From: Neodothiora populina
Taxonomy: Eukaryota
DNA length: 64,000 nt
NCBI RefSeq assembly: GCF_041146345.1
Contig: NW_027191409.1
Coordinates: 1,054,001-1,118,000 of the forward strand
Direction of reading: 5' to 3'
This document shows, piece after piece, positions 12,834-25,900 of this stretch. Under the pieces are notes generated by a model, which made no database searches, was not told the DNA's origin, and saw nothing but the letters and a program-made list of their open reading frames with translations. The position numbers and the translations under genes are program-made. Within the stretch, counting starts at the first letter, position 1, and each line of letters opens with the position of its first letter.

Positions 12834-14170
12834 GCACCCAAGCGGCTAACAGCTATTCCTAGCTCGCCTGGCTACCTTACCTTTGGCTATGACGGCCACG
12901 CCGGGTATTCAATCGTCACGTCGTCCAGGATAAAGTGAGGTCTATGCAATGGTGATCCACTTCTGGCGACGGACTTGGACCATTTCTAAAGAACAAAAAG
13001 GACTCTGTCCCCGGGGATGGCGCGCCGAACATGAAACCGCACATGATCGTTATCCACCCTGCGTTGCGATTGTCCGACGTGTTTCACCGAAGTGACAAGC
13101 CTCGGTCAACCCTTATTTCACAAACGCCTTGACGTGCCGGAGCAGAGAGCCAAGACGGAACAGGCGTTCTTGACGATTTAGTTCATCCTTCCGCACCCAT
13201 CAGACAGGCGAACACCAAGGCGCAGCACAAGAATGTGAAAGCAAAAAATCGCAGAATGTCTGGAGAACATCTTGGATCTAGCAAACCCATAGAGACGGCA
13301 CGCAGCTGAACAGCACTGTCTTCTTCAAGTTCCGGTGGTGACATACTACGGTGTCCTCTTGCGGGCTTAGTCCCAAATGTTGCTCGGACCCGATGCTGCG
13401 GCTTGCAAGCAAGTTCGATTCTCTCAATTGTATTCCATAGCACTCTACAGTTGTTCTAAACATCCGCAGTATGCATGCCTCCAGTACCAATACAGTACAG
13501 CTGACTTCGCCGTGCGCCATCGTAGACTACAGTACACACAGATTAAGTCCTGGATCGTCGACAGCATCCACCGCCGGGCGTTTAGCCCACAGCGTCGGAG
13601 TTATCTCATGGAACTGGCGGCATCTGCTCAACTCGGATGCATATCGGCTGTTCCCCATACGTTCATCAGTGATCATAAAGTCCCAGCAAAGGTAAGGTAG
13701 ATACCGAGCCGGCAGATCCACTTTTATGACAGGAATGTAGAGCCCACCACTATCGCTATACTATCGACTGACCGAGAAGACTGAAGTCGGCATCTTGACA
13801 GCGGCTCTGTGCGATATCTCAATCGGTTCAGCGTATCGCGCATCGCGCATAACATAACATGCACCTTTGTAAGACGCTGACCGGTCAAGCGCGTCGACCT
13901 AGCTTTTTTTCTGCTTGCCCCACATCTGTCTGCCCACATCGCCAACTTCAAGCTCAGCATAGTGCCCTTCAAAGATTCAGAGGAACAGACTGTGCCTTCG
14001 CCCCTCGCGATTGAATAGGTTTCCAGAAGAAATCCCTTCTCCCTGATTGGACTGAGGGTCCTGTCATACCTTAGAGCGTTTTAGTGACTTGTTACTGCCC
14101 TACGTCACTGAGGTAGCTTTAGGCCTTCCGTGTGCCCACCACTTTAAGTGGTAGCTTAGCTGAACGTCTT

Positions 14171-16939
14171 ATGACCATGGCACCCTCCCCTTCTACAGAA
14201 AGCCAAACCAGAGATGACATTATACTTTGTGAATCCATAGAAGAATTCGGTCGACAATACACAAGTGGTGTCTTTGAAACACCTTCGTCGCCGGCGATGG
14301 AGCCTCCCGAAATCGACAATACCACCGGAATGTCCAGTGTTTACTCTTCGGATACCGGTGAAGTGCAAGTTCTCACGCCCTCGTCTACGTCTGACGAAGA
14401 CCAGCTGTCTAGTTCGGCGAGTATGGGCGATGGCAACTACGAGATACTCGATCTTGTCACTACACCACAGGTCCCAAACCCTGCCCTTCAGGCATTAGGT
14501 TCTCCTGCCAGCAGCTCTGATGGCTTCACTATAGCTTCTTTTGATACGAACAGCTCCTCTCGTATCAGCCTCTCACCTGTAGCTTTTATCCCAGATCTGG
14601 CAGGATCCTATGATTATCAGTACGATAACGATAGCTTGCACTGGTCACCACAGCTACAGAACGATGATCTTAGTATAAGCTCCGGAAGCTCATTGATGTC
14701 GAGCTTTCCAGACCTCGCCCTGCTCTCTGCCACTGCATCTCAAGACCCAGCGCTTGCGCTTGCGTACGCGTCGAATCTGACCTATCCCATACTTTCGGAC
14801 CCATTTGTCCCCTCATATGCCCCCCAGCACGGCTACTCAGTCGATCTCCCACCTGGCACCGCACTACAAAGCCCTATGGAAACGAATGCATCTGCAGCAC
14901 AGCATTTGACGCCACTCTTCCCCGACCAAGAGCTCTCCGAATCACCTACAAGTATGATTTCAAGTGCACAAGGCCAATGGAATGCATCCCTTGCGTTATC
15001 TTATGACGTGCCTCAGCCAGTGTACGAAGCCTCGAATTACCCGACTTCTCAGCATGAGTCTTACGAAGCTCTAAATTGGCACGAACTCACTGCACCATCC
15101 GTTGAACTGGCTATGAACCCATCGATACAGGACATTGCGAATCCACCGTCACTGAGTCGCTTCAGTTCTTCTTCGAACACACCCAGAGCCGATGAGTACA
15201 TTCCCCGTTCGCATCCAGAGAACACACACCGTGAGCAGCAACAGAGCCTCAAAGTAACTCCGCCACCCCAACATCAACGCCGCCAAGCGGTGCGGTCCAG
15301 ATCTTCACGTCAATCTTCTCACTCGCACTCCCCCGGATCGTCCACACTCTCATCCCCAAGCTCGATCACCAGTCCAACACTGATCAAGGGTGTCATGAAA
15401 GGTGGTAGAAAGGGGCCGCTCCGCGAGGAGGGTCGCAAGCACGCGGCCGATATGAGAGGAGATGGATGCTGGCCATGTGCTATCATGCGTGAAAAGTGTA
15501 GTAAAGGCGAACCATGTACTCGATGTGCTTCCAAGTCACACCAAAGCAAGGCACATGGACTGGGATGTGATCGCAGACATTTGAACAGAGACATGTGGTG
15601 CTCCTTCATCCCTTGTTAGTACAGCCTTCCACCATTTGCTATTGTTGAGGCTAATGATTGTAGCCTCCATGGACCCGGGACAGAGATATGCCGACATGAT
15701 GGCGTACGTCAACAAGGACGTGGCTGGGTGGTACGATCACCCTAGCGCTCGACGCGGTATATACGTACCGTTCTCCATTGGTATGTTTTCATTCGAGTAA
15801 TTATCAAACCCATGCACATTTGCTGACTCAAAATTTTCAGGAATTGGACAACCATTGACTTGGCTTTGTCATGAGTACCAGCCCAGTATGCAGAACACTT
15901 CGCACAATATCAGCTGGAACATAGGTGGACACGGAGACACATGGCGTCGTACCTACAGTCTGTCGCCTCCCTTGGCCCTGAGAAGTCTCGATCAAGAGTA
16001 TCTCAATGTCTGGATGGACCATCTGATAGAGCACAATCTTGAAGATGTTCAGGATATGTATTATTGGGAAGGCCATCAAATGCGCACGCAGGTGCTTATC
16101 TTACTGTGTTCGCTTTATGATGGCCTTCGCAGACAATCTCCTGTATGTTTACCACTTCGCACAGATCGAGATTCAAAAGCTAATCACTGGCACAGAACCT
16201 CTCCAAGACTTCCGCCATGCTCAAGGACGACGTTCGCAACGTCATTACTCTGATGTTGGTCACGTATGTTATGAACCACGCCTTCACGGTCGAAGAAGAA
16301 CTACGCGACTCGGTCATTCGCCAGCTTTCACGCTACAATGACCCTAGCTTATATGCTGAGATGGTCATCCTGAAAACTGCCAACTCGCAGCTGAAGTACG
16401 GCTTCTCGAAGTTGCGACTTACTATGCATCGTGCCTTGCTCGCGAGACTGCAAACGATCATGAGGAACGCCAAATACAAGGATTGGTGGCTGTCCGGCTT
16501 CGTTGTGATGCTAGGTCTGGCGCTTACACTTGAGGAGTATCAGCATCTTCTACATGTCCAGGCGGACTCACGCATCGCCGAAGGAAAAGACCCAGCCAGA
16601 TCCATGCAGCGAGCCAGAGATCACTGTACGGAAATCGACGAGGGCTTCGAATTCCTACTGAAACTATATCATTTCAGATATAGTGCAAGAGGTCAAGACA
16701 AAGCCTCGTTTGCACAATGGACTGAACACACTTCGAACCCAGCCGAAGCACATTTTGTCGCACAGTTGCCTGAGCTTGTTGCTCAATACCGTAAGGTGAC
16801 CTTGAATGCGGAGAGGAAACAAACATGCTGACAACTTGCAGGAATCGTTTTGCTGCAACGTAAGGACCTCGAGGTTTGCCTTGAGGAAGATAACCATGTC
16901 TTGCGTCTAGCCAGTCGATTCTTGACCGGTGTGATGTAA
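14171..16939 (+). CDS. Fungal transcription factor with an internal atypical Zn2Cys6 cluster (paralog B)
   Basis: GGRKGPL...MRGDG-CWPCAIMREKCSKGEPCTRC-x13-C; introns 15615-15663, 15781-15840, 16143-16195, 16791-16841. C-terminal domain aligns by eye with paralog A (QLSxYNDPS, ANxQLK, EExQH, CxEID..F.FL.KL.H). Confidence 0.85.
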
Positions 16940-18318
16940 CCCACTTATGTGGACGTGCCAGATCGATCTAAAGACCGAGCCTGACAACCATCGAGCGTGA
17001 AGCTGCGATTTGTTGGAATCAACAAAAAGACACAAGCAAGTCGGCCCTTCCTACAGTACACACGTATTGGCTACAGTACTGGAGAACAACCGGCATGTAT
17101 CGACAAAACATCGGCGTCGAAAAAAGAATCAACAGGATAAGAGTACCAGGAATACGCAGTAATGAACGAAGAGGATTGTGATGATGTATATATTTAACGG
17201 CCTACATAGCGATACCCCAGCAAGAGATGACTAAGGACCAGAATCCTGGTTGGCAAATTTGTATTGCGAATAGAAAAAAAAACCCTTTTCTTTTCGGTAT
17301 GTTTGTCCATAAAATAGTCCTCCCGCTCCAATTGAACGGCACGCGGAAGGGTGGAGAGAACACAGTGCTGCTTATTTCACCGCCGGCTGAGCCGGGTTGA
17401 TCTTCCACTGATATAGATTAAGTATGCCCGCAAAGCCATTGTGTGGCCGTGGGGCAGGCAAATCGTGGTGTGCTATGATAGAGCATGATATCCTGTAACA
17501 CTAAACGCCGTCTCCTCTGAAGCTGATGAGAAAAAGTCCCGAGTTTCGTCGGAAAGGACTTGTGGGAAGTATCCTCAGACCACCTTCATTTTAAGGCTAT
17601 CCTCGGACCATGTCCACCAATCATGTCTTTTGAGACGACAAGCGAATTCTCAGATGCAATGCAGATGAAGCATGTTGTATGTGTGTGTTGTGAGAAGAAA
17701 ACAGCAAGACCAGGCCTCACAGAAATCTCAAACTTGAAGTCCACGCGCTTACCGCCAACACAGCTGTCAACCTTGGCGAAAAAGTGATACCCACTTCTTT
17801 TTCTCTTTGCACCGCCAGCGAGAACCAAGACATCTGACCAGGGCAGGTTCGCCAAGGGAGAAAAAGGCTCGTGCGCACCTGAGGCAGATGTCCCGGGCCG
17901 AAGCAGAGCGAGCGAGGCATAAAACCCATTGCGGTCTCGCGCTCTTCTCTGCCCCAAACCACACTTTTACCTACGGATTTAATCAACTTTCTATCCTTAT
18001 TTGTTTCCAGTGGATATGTCTGTCATATTGCCGTAGCAGAGGGATTCGGGGGTTTGGGTGCTTTTCTTTGTGCTCTGGCGTCGTCGAGGGTTTTCTTTTG
18101 GGAACTCTTGTGGTGCTGGGGTCGAGCGTCTTCTCGTACATCTCGTGTGGTTTTCTTTTCTCTTTTTCATGAGAGAGATGAATTGCATGTTTCACTCGTT
18201 CATTTGAGCTGCCGACTACTTGCGCATGCTCAACGTGTTTGCATATAAAGTCGGGTGGGAACCATATCATTGGCGCATATCGCCGGCATTATATCTATTT
18301 TTTTTGTTGTTACAAAAC

Positions 18319-19105
18319 TCATGATTTGTTCTTCAATTTCTCGTCCACTATCCTGGCCACCATCTTCTCCAGTATAGCAAAGTCGCCTCCGGCACCGCTT
18401 TCAAAGTAGCCGGCGACGCTCTTTTCGACATATTTGCCAACCATGTCAACCTCCACGTTGACATAATCTCCCTCCTTTTTGCTGCCCATGACCACCTTCT
18501 CTTGCGTGTACGAAATCATCATGATCTCCCACCAGCCCTCCGGACCGTCCTTTACGGCCGTCACGGTGAGGCTGGCGCCATCGAGCGTCACGTAGCCCTT
18601 CTCGACAATGTACTTCAAGACATCCTTGTCCCGTGGCTGCAATCTGAAGACCAGCGCCTCGTTGTCTTTCGTGACGGACAGGATCCTGGCAATGGTATCT
18701 ACGTGGCCTTGGACGAAGTGACCTCCCATGCGTGTATCCGCGCTGACAGCGCGCTCGAGATTGACTTTGCTGCCCTTTGTAAGAGAGCCGAGATTCGTTC
18801 GGCGTAGCGTCTCCGGGGCCACTCCGATCTTGAAGGACGAAGGTGTGAATTCAGTGACGGTCAGACAGGTGCCGTTGACTGCGATCGAGTCTCCGAGATG
18901 ACAGTCGCCTAGGATATCGGCGCAATCGGTGATGGTCATGGTGGTGCCGCCCCCCGACGAGGCATCTTGAGCGACAAGCTCCGACACGGCTGCACACACA
19001 CACGCAAGTCAATCACGGTGTCATAGAGAGCGCAGCTTGGGAGATCAGAAGGGATGGAGGAGGGGTCGGCGTACTGCCCAGGATCTCTACTATTCCGGTA
19101 AACAT
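18319..19105 (-). CDS. RIB5: Riboflavin synthase (alpha chain)
   Basis: Signature N-terminus MFTGIVE (exon 1, then intron 18990-19074), GDSIAVNGTCLTV, GGHFVQGHVD, KGYVTLDGASLTV. Confidence 0.96.
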
Positions 19106-19735
19106 GTTTATGGCGGGATGTGATATGATAGGGTACGATAGGTTCACTTCGTACATGACACAGCAAGGTATCTGCGATATCTCAAACGTAGACATGATAG
19201 GTAGAGTCATTCGTGATTGGTGCATGGGGTAATAACTTTGTCAGCCACCCCAGACCCTGACTAACCACTCGCCCGTCGCCCGCCAAGACTTTAGTTATAG
19301 TAACTCCATGCATGCAAGGCAGCATGGTTGGGCTGATTGCAGACTGAAGATTGGCCAGACTCGTCTCTGCCAATCCACCCAACCACCCGCTTCTTGCAGG
19401 TATTTGGCCGGAAAAGTGGTCTTTCGCTTGGGGGAAATCATGTAGTTGTCCGTGGATATTTCTGTGTTTGTATCGTGTGATCTGTATCCCTCCCCCCCCC
19501 CACTCTTACATTGCTGTCTGGCAGTCAAACAATCTACAGACTCCACCCTGCAACTCCGCCCGTTTTGTTTGCGAAGCGATTGTATGCATCCACAACCGTC
19601 AATCTACCCCATAGCACCTCGCAGATCCACGTTTGGGACTTGGACCTGCTAAGCGAACTCTTTTTCTGCTCGCACGCCTGCAGCTGCTCGACACCCAATC
19701 GCAGCCATACACGTCTGCAGCCCTATCGTGGAAGG

Positions 19736-20260
19736 ATGAGCTTCTTTGTAGGCGGCGGCGGGGGCAGCAGCAGTGGTGGTCACGGCCACGGCCATGGCAG
19801 TCGCAGTGGTCATTCGACTCCAGGCTATGGCGCCTCGTCCGGCATTGCTCGTCCCGGCTACGCTCGCTCATCATCATCTGGCATCTTCTCGCGCGCGGGC
19901 TCCAGCTCCTCGTACTACAAGCGCCGTCCGCGTGACGGCTACATCAGCTACCTGGTCAGCAAACTCAAGCGTCTGATTGCCGGATTGTGGATCTATGCAC
20001 GTCGACACCCCGTCAAGGCTTTCTTCGCGGTAGTCGTGCCGTTGATCAGTGCTGGTGGCGCGCTGCACAGTCTGCTCAAGCAGTTCGGCATCAGATTGCC
20101 AGAGGCTTTCGATGGCACGAGTAGGACCTACCGCAGCAGTGGTGTTGGGGGATACTACGGTAGTCGTGGCTATGGCTCCGACTATGGATCATCATACGGC
20201 AGGTCTGGAGCTCAAGACACCATGGGGAACCTCTTCCGCATCGCAAAGGCGTTCATGTAA
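19736..20260 (+). CDS. Uncharacterised Gly/Ser-rich protein with a central hydrophobic segment (174 aa)
   Basis: Codon-biased ORF; YYKRRPRDGYISYL...RRHPVKAFFAVVVPLIS...LLKQFGIRLP core flanked by GS/Y-rich tails. Confidence 0.75.
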   Translation: MSFFVGGGGGSSSGGHGHGHGSRSGHSTPGYGASSGIARPGYARSSSSGIFSRAGSSSSYYKRRPRDGYISYLVSKLKRLIAGLWIYARRHPVKAFFAVVVPLISAGGALHSLLKQFGIRLPEAFDGTSRTYRSSGVGGYYGSRGYGSDYGSSYGRSGAQDTMGNLFRIAKAFM

Positions 20261-20892
20261 GGAACAGGGCACTAGAGCCCGAAAGAGATATGCAGATCCT
20301 GGTCGGCCGGGAGATCAGTGTTGCGCAGATGCTCTCTCGCATACTTTTATGAGGCTACGAACAATAAGGCTGGTTAATTGGCACGGAGGTATACCCAAAC
20401 AAAAGGAATTGTTGATGCCTGAGGCAGCGCCTCTACGAAAATGCAAACAGATTGTGTTCTTATGATCAGAAGTACCTGAGTCAATGCATGTAACCCAGTC
20501 GGAACGTACAGTAGATACAATACTGCATATATTCTATGATCAGGAATTGCACTTATTGTAGGCCCAGTGCACAAGCTATACCTGTACCACACAGCATGAA
20601 GATGATCACAATGACAAAGACTTGAGAGGGGTCAAGGCATGGCACGTGACTTCGAAGAGGACTTGGCAGCAAGAATGGGTGATTCAGACAATGATGGAGT
20701 GTCTGGGGGACAGAGGGAATGGGTTAATCATGATTGCATTGAGACATATTGAAGAAGTAACGACAAAAGCCTATAGCGAAGAATAGGCCTTTCTCCAGTC
20801 CTCGATCTACTGGCAAAATGGTAGACCTCATAGATCTGGTGGCGAAGAGGATTGGCCGGGAAGCCGGTCACCCTCGGCTGTCAGAGCGAATC

Positions 20893-20912
20893 ATCACGAC
20901 GACGCTGATTGG
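20893..20912 (-). promoter_or_regulatory. CCAAT-N12-GAT element (CBC:HapX-type bipartite site) upstream of SDH2
   Basis: Minus strand reads CCAAT CAGCGTCGTCGT GAT, matching the CSAAT-N12-RWT consensus; a second CCAAT lies at 20851-20855 (minus). Confidence 0.55.
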
Positions 20913-21087
20913 CTGGTCAGCATCCGTACCTTCATTCCGTCTGGGGATTTTGGTTTAGGAAGGCGAGCGGGACCAACTCTGTGTGTCCTTGGTGCACCTG
21001 CCCTTTACTGCATACCACTATCTTTCTCTTTCTGTTCCTCTTCCCTATTCTTACCAGCAGCAACAAGCAGGGTGACTGTCAATCACA

Positions 21088-22065
21088 ATGGCATCTCTCA
21101 GACTCGCTCCCGCGCGCTTTGCGCCTCGCATGATGTTCCGTCGTGGTATGGCGTCGGTCGTCGAGTCGCCAGCTCGCAAGATTGTCGACGAGAGCAAGAC
21201 GTCGACGGTCGGAGAGCCCAAGTCGGAGGCTGATGCTAAGATCAAGACCTTCCACGTCTACCGATGGAACCCAGACGAGCCCACGTCAAAGCCCAAGATG
21301 CAGTCATACACGCTCGATCTGAACAAGACAGGCCCTATGATGCTCGATGCTCTGATCAGAATCAAGAACGAGGTCGACCCCACTCTGACCTTCCGAAGGA
21401 GTTGCAGAGAGGGCATTTGCGGCAGCTGTGCCATGAACATTGACGGTGTCAACACATTGGCTTGCTTGTGTATGTATTTCCCATTTCCTCTTGACCACTT
21501 TTTGCAGCAGCAGCACTGACAATTGCCCGCAGGCCGCATCCCCACGGACACCAAGGCTGAATCTCGCATCTACCCTCTGCCTCATACCTACGTCGTCAAG
21601 GACCTCGTACCTGATCTTACCCACTTCTACAAGCAATACAAGTCGATCAAGCCCTACCTCCAGAGGGATTCTCCTCCCCCGGATGTAAGCAAATTGCCAC
21701 TTGATTTCTATTCGAAATGTAACGCTGACACATTCCATCAGGGCCGTGAGAACCGCCAATCCAAGGCCGAACGCAAGAAGCTCGACGGTCTCTACGAGTG
21801 CATTCTCTGCGCATGCTGCAGCACATCGTGCCCTTCATACTGGTGGAACGCCGAGGAGTACCTCGGACCCGCCATCCTCCTCCAATCTTACCGCTGGATC
21901 GCCGATTCGCGTGACGAGAAGACCCTCGAGCGCAAGGACGCCCTCAACAACGACATGTCTCTCTACCGTTGCCACACCATTCTCAACTGCTCCAGGACAT
22001 GCCCCAAGGGCCTGAACCCTGCTCTTGCCATTGCCGAGATCAAGAAGAGCATGGCTTTCACTTAG
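21088..22065 (+). CDS. SDH2: Succinate dehydrogenase iron-sulfur subunit
   Basis: [27 protein letters not shown] and [19 protein letters not shown]e-S motifs; mitochondrial presequence; introns 21470-21532 and 21685-21741. Confidence 0.98.
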
Positions 22066-22912
22066 ACATGCCCACAGCCCAAATCGTTTTCGATCTCGGG
22101 TGCTGCTGCTGAGAAGCTTGGATTGTCGAAGGGAGAGAAAAGAGTGTGTAGTTTCTATTTGTTGTTGAATTGCATGGGTGTATCGGAGCAGGCAAAGGAA
22201 GGGGGAGCCACTGAGTCTTTTCTCATTTCACACACTTTTTCTGGCTGAGTGTAGGTAGTAAACACCAAGTTCATATTTTCTTCATGTTTTTGTCTGCTTG
22301 TCTGTCTGCCAGTTCAAAAGTGAAGCCATCTGTGTACAACGTATTGTCGCCAGTAGAAGCTAGCTGTATGTAATCCCTCTCTTGCCTTGTGTGAGACTGA
22401 GAGATACTCACCACTATATCTGAGTCCCTACGATGCCTTCTTACGACCAACTCCTATGAACAGTAGAACACAGAGATAGAGAGCATGGTCTCCACGAACC
22501 CACCGAGTAGCGAAGATATGCTCTCTTGCATACCTCCTAGAATTACGCACTTTCAGTGTTGACCACCTAGGTAGGGAAAGCCTCGTTAAGGTATGAAATG
22601 ATGACTATGTGAATTGAATAAATTAAGCTGTCGGTTCCTCTTCCTTGTCTCTTGCACCGCCACTATACAGATATGATACCACTACAACTATTTTGCTACA
22701 AACATCTTCTCTGGCCATTTTCTCTAAATCGCATCATGTTCTCACTCTCGCTTTCTTCGCCGTTCCATTCATCCATCCATCGTCCATCGCTACCGCAAAC
22801 GAGAAGGAAAAGCTTTACTCGAGACCCAGAAATACAGAACAGATCGACGAGGGATTACCAAGAGATGACAACAAAGAAGACAAAAAGGACTGGATTAAGA
22901 ACTTCTCTAGCT

Positions 22913-25900
22913 CTAACCCAAGACTCTTCCAGCCACGGAACTGGCACTCTTATCCTTTGTCTGCGTCTTTCTCAAGCCCTTGCCAGCTTGGATCTCGCCC
23001 AGAAGACCTCCGATGTTTGGTCTGCCTCCAGCAGGAGCCGCGGCGGCGGCAGGCATGGGTGGAGGCGGAGGAGCGCCGCCGTTGGGCATTGGTGGTGGTG
23101 GAGGTGCACCGCCCATTGGCATTGGGGGAGGAGGCGGTGGTGGAAGAGCTCCGGCACCAGCTTCTGGCATTGGAGGGGGAGGTGGAGGGGGTGCTGCGGG
23201 TGCACCTGTAGGGGGTGACATGGGCGGCAATGGTGTAGGAGACGCCAGGCCCGAAGAACCGGGGGCGGGCGCAGGGGAAGCCGTGGCAGAAGGTGAGGCG
23301 GCGTTGTCCATCGCGGACAAGGGGCGCGGAGGGCCCATTGTTCCAAAGAGGATTGAGGCGAGTTGCTTTGCGCTTCCGCCTGTTGGACGGTCGTCTTCGT
23401 CTTCGTCGTCCGACGACGCCGATGATGCTGCTGACCAGTCGTCATCCTCTTCCTTCTTGGCCATTCTGCGCGACGGTTGCGCTTGAGGCGCTGGAAGACT
23501 GGTCTTGTTGGCGTCGGGCTGGGTCATGCGGTAGAAGGGGTTCGTCGACGCATCAGAGGCAGCAGGTGGGGAGACGATGCCGGGTACGCTGGGGGTAGCC
23601 ATGCTCTTGAAGAAGGGGTTCTTGGACTCGGCGTCTGGGACAGCTGTGTTGACAGCTACCGCAGGCGGGCTGGCGACGGGGGGCTGCTCGCTCGGTGTGG
23701 GTGGAGCAGGCGCAGCAGGTGCAGTGGCAGGGATTTCAGCCGGCACCTCCAGCGCAGGCACAGAAGCACTGTCTTGAGGTTCGAGGACTTGCGGTCCTTC
23801 GTCATCGTCCGAGGAGTCGTCGTCGTCGCCCATGGCCTCGAGCTGAAGGCGTAGCTGGCGCTCCTTCTCCTTGGCGGCTTCGATTTCTGCGCGTTGAGCT
23901 GCCAGTCGAGTCTCCTTCTCTTGTGCGTCCTTCTGAGCAGCCTTTCGCTTCTTCTTTTCCTCATCCTTCTTGAGCTTGCCTTGCCTGACCTGCTCCTCGA
24001 GGGCGCGCAGGCTCGCTTGGGCTTCTTCCCGCTGTCTCTCGACTTCTTGTTCTTGTCTCTTCTCTTCCTCCCTGCAGATACTTGTCAGTCGTGTCTGTAT
24101 GTTTTCCTGTGGTCGTTGACTTACTCTAATGCTTGCGTCTCCGATGCCTGTGCCATTTGTTGTTCCCGAAGTGATTGTTCGGCAGCCTGCTGCTCTTCTT
24201 GCTTGTGCGACGCTTCAGGCGCGCCCTTGCGAGATGGAGGTGGCGGAGGTTTCTTTGCAGACGAGGCTGCAGCGGTGGGCGGAGCGACCGACTCATCGGC
24301 CAAACGCTGTTGTCTCTCTTGCTCTCTTCTGGCATCCTCCTCTTCGGCTTTCCGCAGACGATCTTCTTTCTCTTTTCGTTCGCGCTCCTGTCTTTGCTGT
24401 GCGCTCTCGCCTGGCTTGGTAGGTGCCTTGAGGCCTAGTGCGGCGAGTCGCTCGGCCATTCTCTGCTCTGCCTGTTGCTTGATGAACGCGGCACGCTCTT
24501 CCGCCGTCTTGTATGACGAGTACGACGCGGAGCCACCAGAAGAAGTAGCGCGGGGTGTCTCGCTTCGTGCCGGGCTCTCGTAGCGAGAGGCGCTGCTGGG
24601 GCGGCTCGTGTCTTCCGCCCTGGTGGAAGCAACGGGGTCGCGAGAGCGTCCACTCTCTTCCTTCCTGATCTTGGTGCTTCTGCTGCTTCTTTGCAAGTCA
24701 AAGATAAAGTCTTTGACCTCATCCTCGACGCCAAGGCCATCCTCCCATCTTCTACGAGCGTGCTCGGTCGAGGCATCCTCGGACCCTTCCTTCAAGTTCT
24801 GTTCAAGGCTCTTGCTGTACTCGGTGACACTGTCTTCCACGTCACGGACCATGCGCTCGTTCTCTTCTCTCTCTAGTCGGACGCGGTTGCTCTCGTCCTC
24901 GAGGCGCTTGGCAGCGGCTGCGCCGTCATCACCTCCAGTAGCAGGAGCAGGCTTACCGGTGAGTGCAGCAGATCGAGCCTGCATCATGGCTCTTGCCCTT
25001 GCCTTGAGGCGATCAGATTCAGTCACAGCACCACCTGGACCGGTGCCAACGACGGCGGGGGCTGAGCTGGGATGAGCTTTGGCATCTCTGAGACGGAAGA
25101 GCTCGAGCTGGGCATCGGCGATAGCGCGCTCGCAACGACGCACGTGGGACGCGAGCTCAGGTAGGCTATCTGTGAGGCCCTGCAACTGTCTCTTCATAGA
25201 CCTGCGCTCGGCGTCAGAGTCACCGGACTTGAAGCTTGCATTCGGATGAGTGTCAATGTCCTCCTGGAGATTCCTGATCCTTCGATAAAGCTCATCAGCC
25301 TCCTTGCGGTCTTTACGGTCGAGCGCGTCCTCCTGATCGGCGTTGTTCTCGTCCTCAAAGTCCATGGCGTCAAGAAGAATCTGCTTCTCGCGAATGGCTT
25401 TCTTCAGCTGGTCCACACTCATCTCGTCCGCAGACGGGGCAGGGGACTGAGCTGGAGAGGGCGAGCGACCTCCATCACCGACTCTCCGGCGAGCGCTAGA
25501 CCTGTAGCCAACATCGTCATCGTTGTTCTTGTACACTGTGGCGTCTTTGCGGCTGTTGACACTGCCGTTGCTGTCTCCCCTGAGCGAGTGATTCTTGAGG
25601 TAGCTGACACCCGTCTTTTGTGGCTGTAAGAATGCTCCCGAGCTCTTTCTCTGTTGCGCATCCTGGGACAGAAGCGACTTCATAGTTCCGAGGGAGTCGT
25701 TGAGCTTCCTGGTCGATGGAGGCACAAGCTCTGGAGGGAGGGTGGCAGGAACCGGGTAGCCGTTGAGTCTGCGGTAGATGAGATGCATAGCCACAGCGAA
25801 TTCATCGAGGTTCAGTTTGCCCTTGTTGTGAGGATCGGAGAGGGTCCAGATACGTTCCAGATCGGGTTTGTCGAGACCACTCTGCCCAAAGATCTCAATG

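Noticed and set aside
3561..16939. Secondary-metabolite cluster (SDR + ADH + Zn-cluster TFs)
   Set aside because: No PKS, NRPS, terpene synthase, DUF3328/UstYa oxidase or transporter nearby.
17529..17562. RNase MRP-like AAAGTCCC followed by a GAAAG loop
   Set aside because: No matching downstream CR-V (GGGGCTYA-like) strand to form P4 was found.
17515..17590. Hammerhead ribozyme-like words (CTGATGAG...GAAA on +; CTGAGGA...GACGAAAC on -)
   Set aside because: Stem II does not close next to the core and stem I cannot form on either strand.
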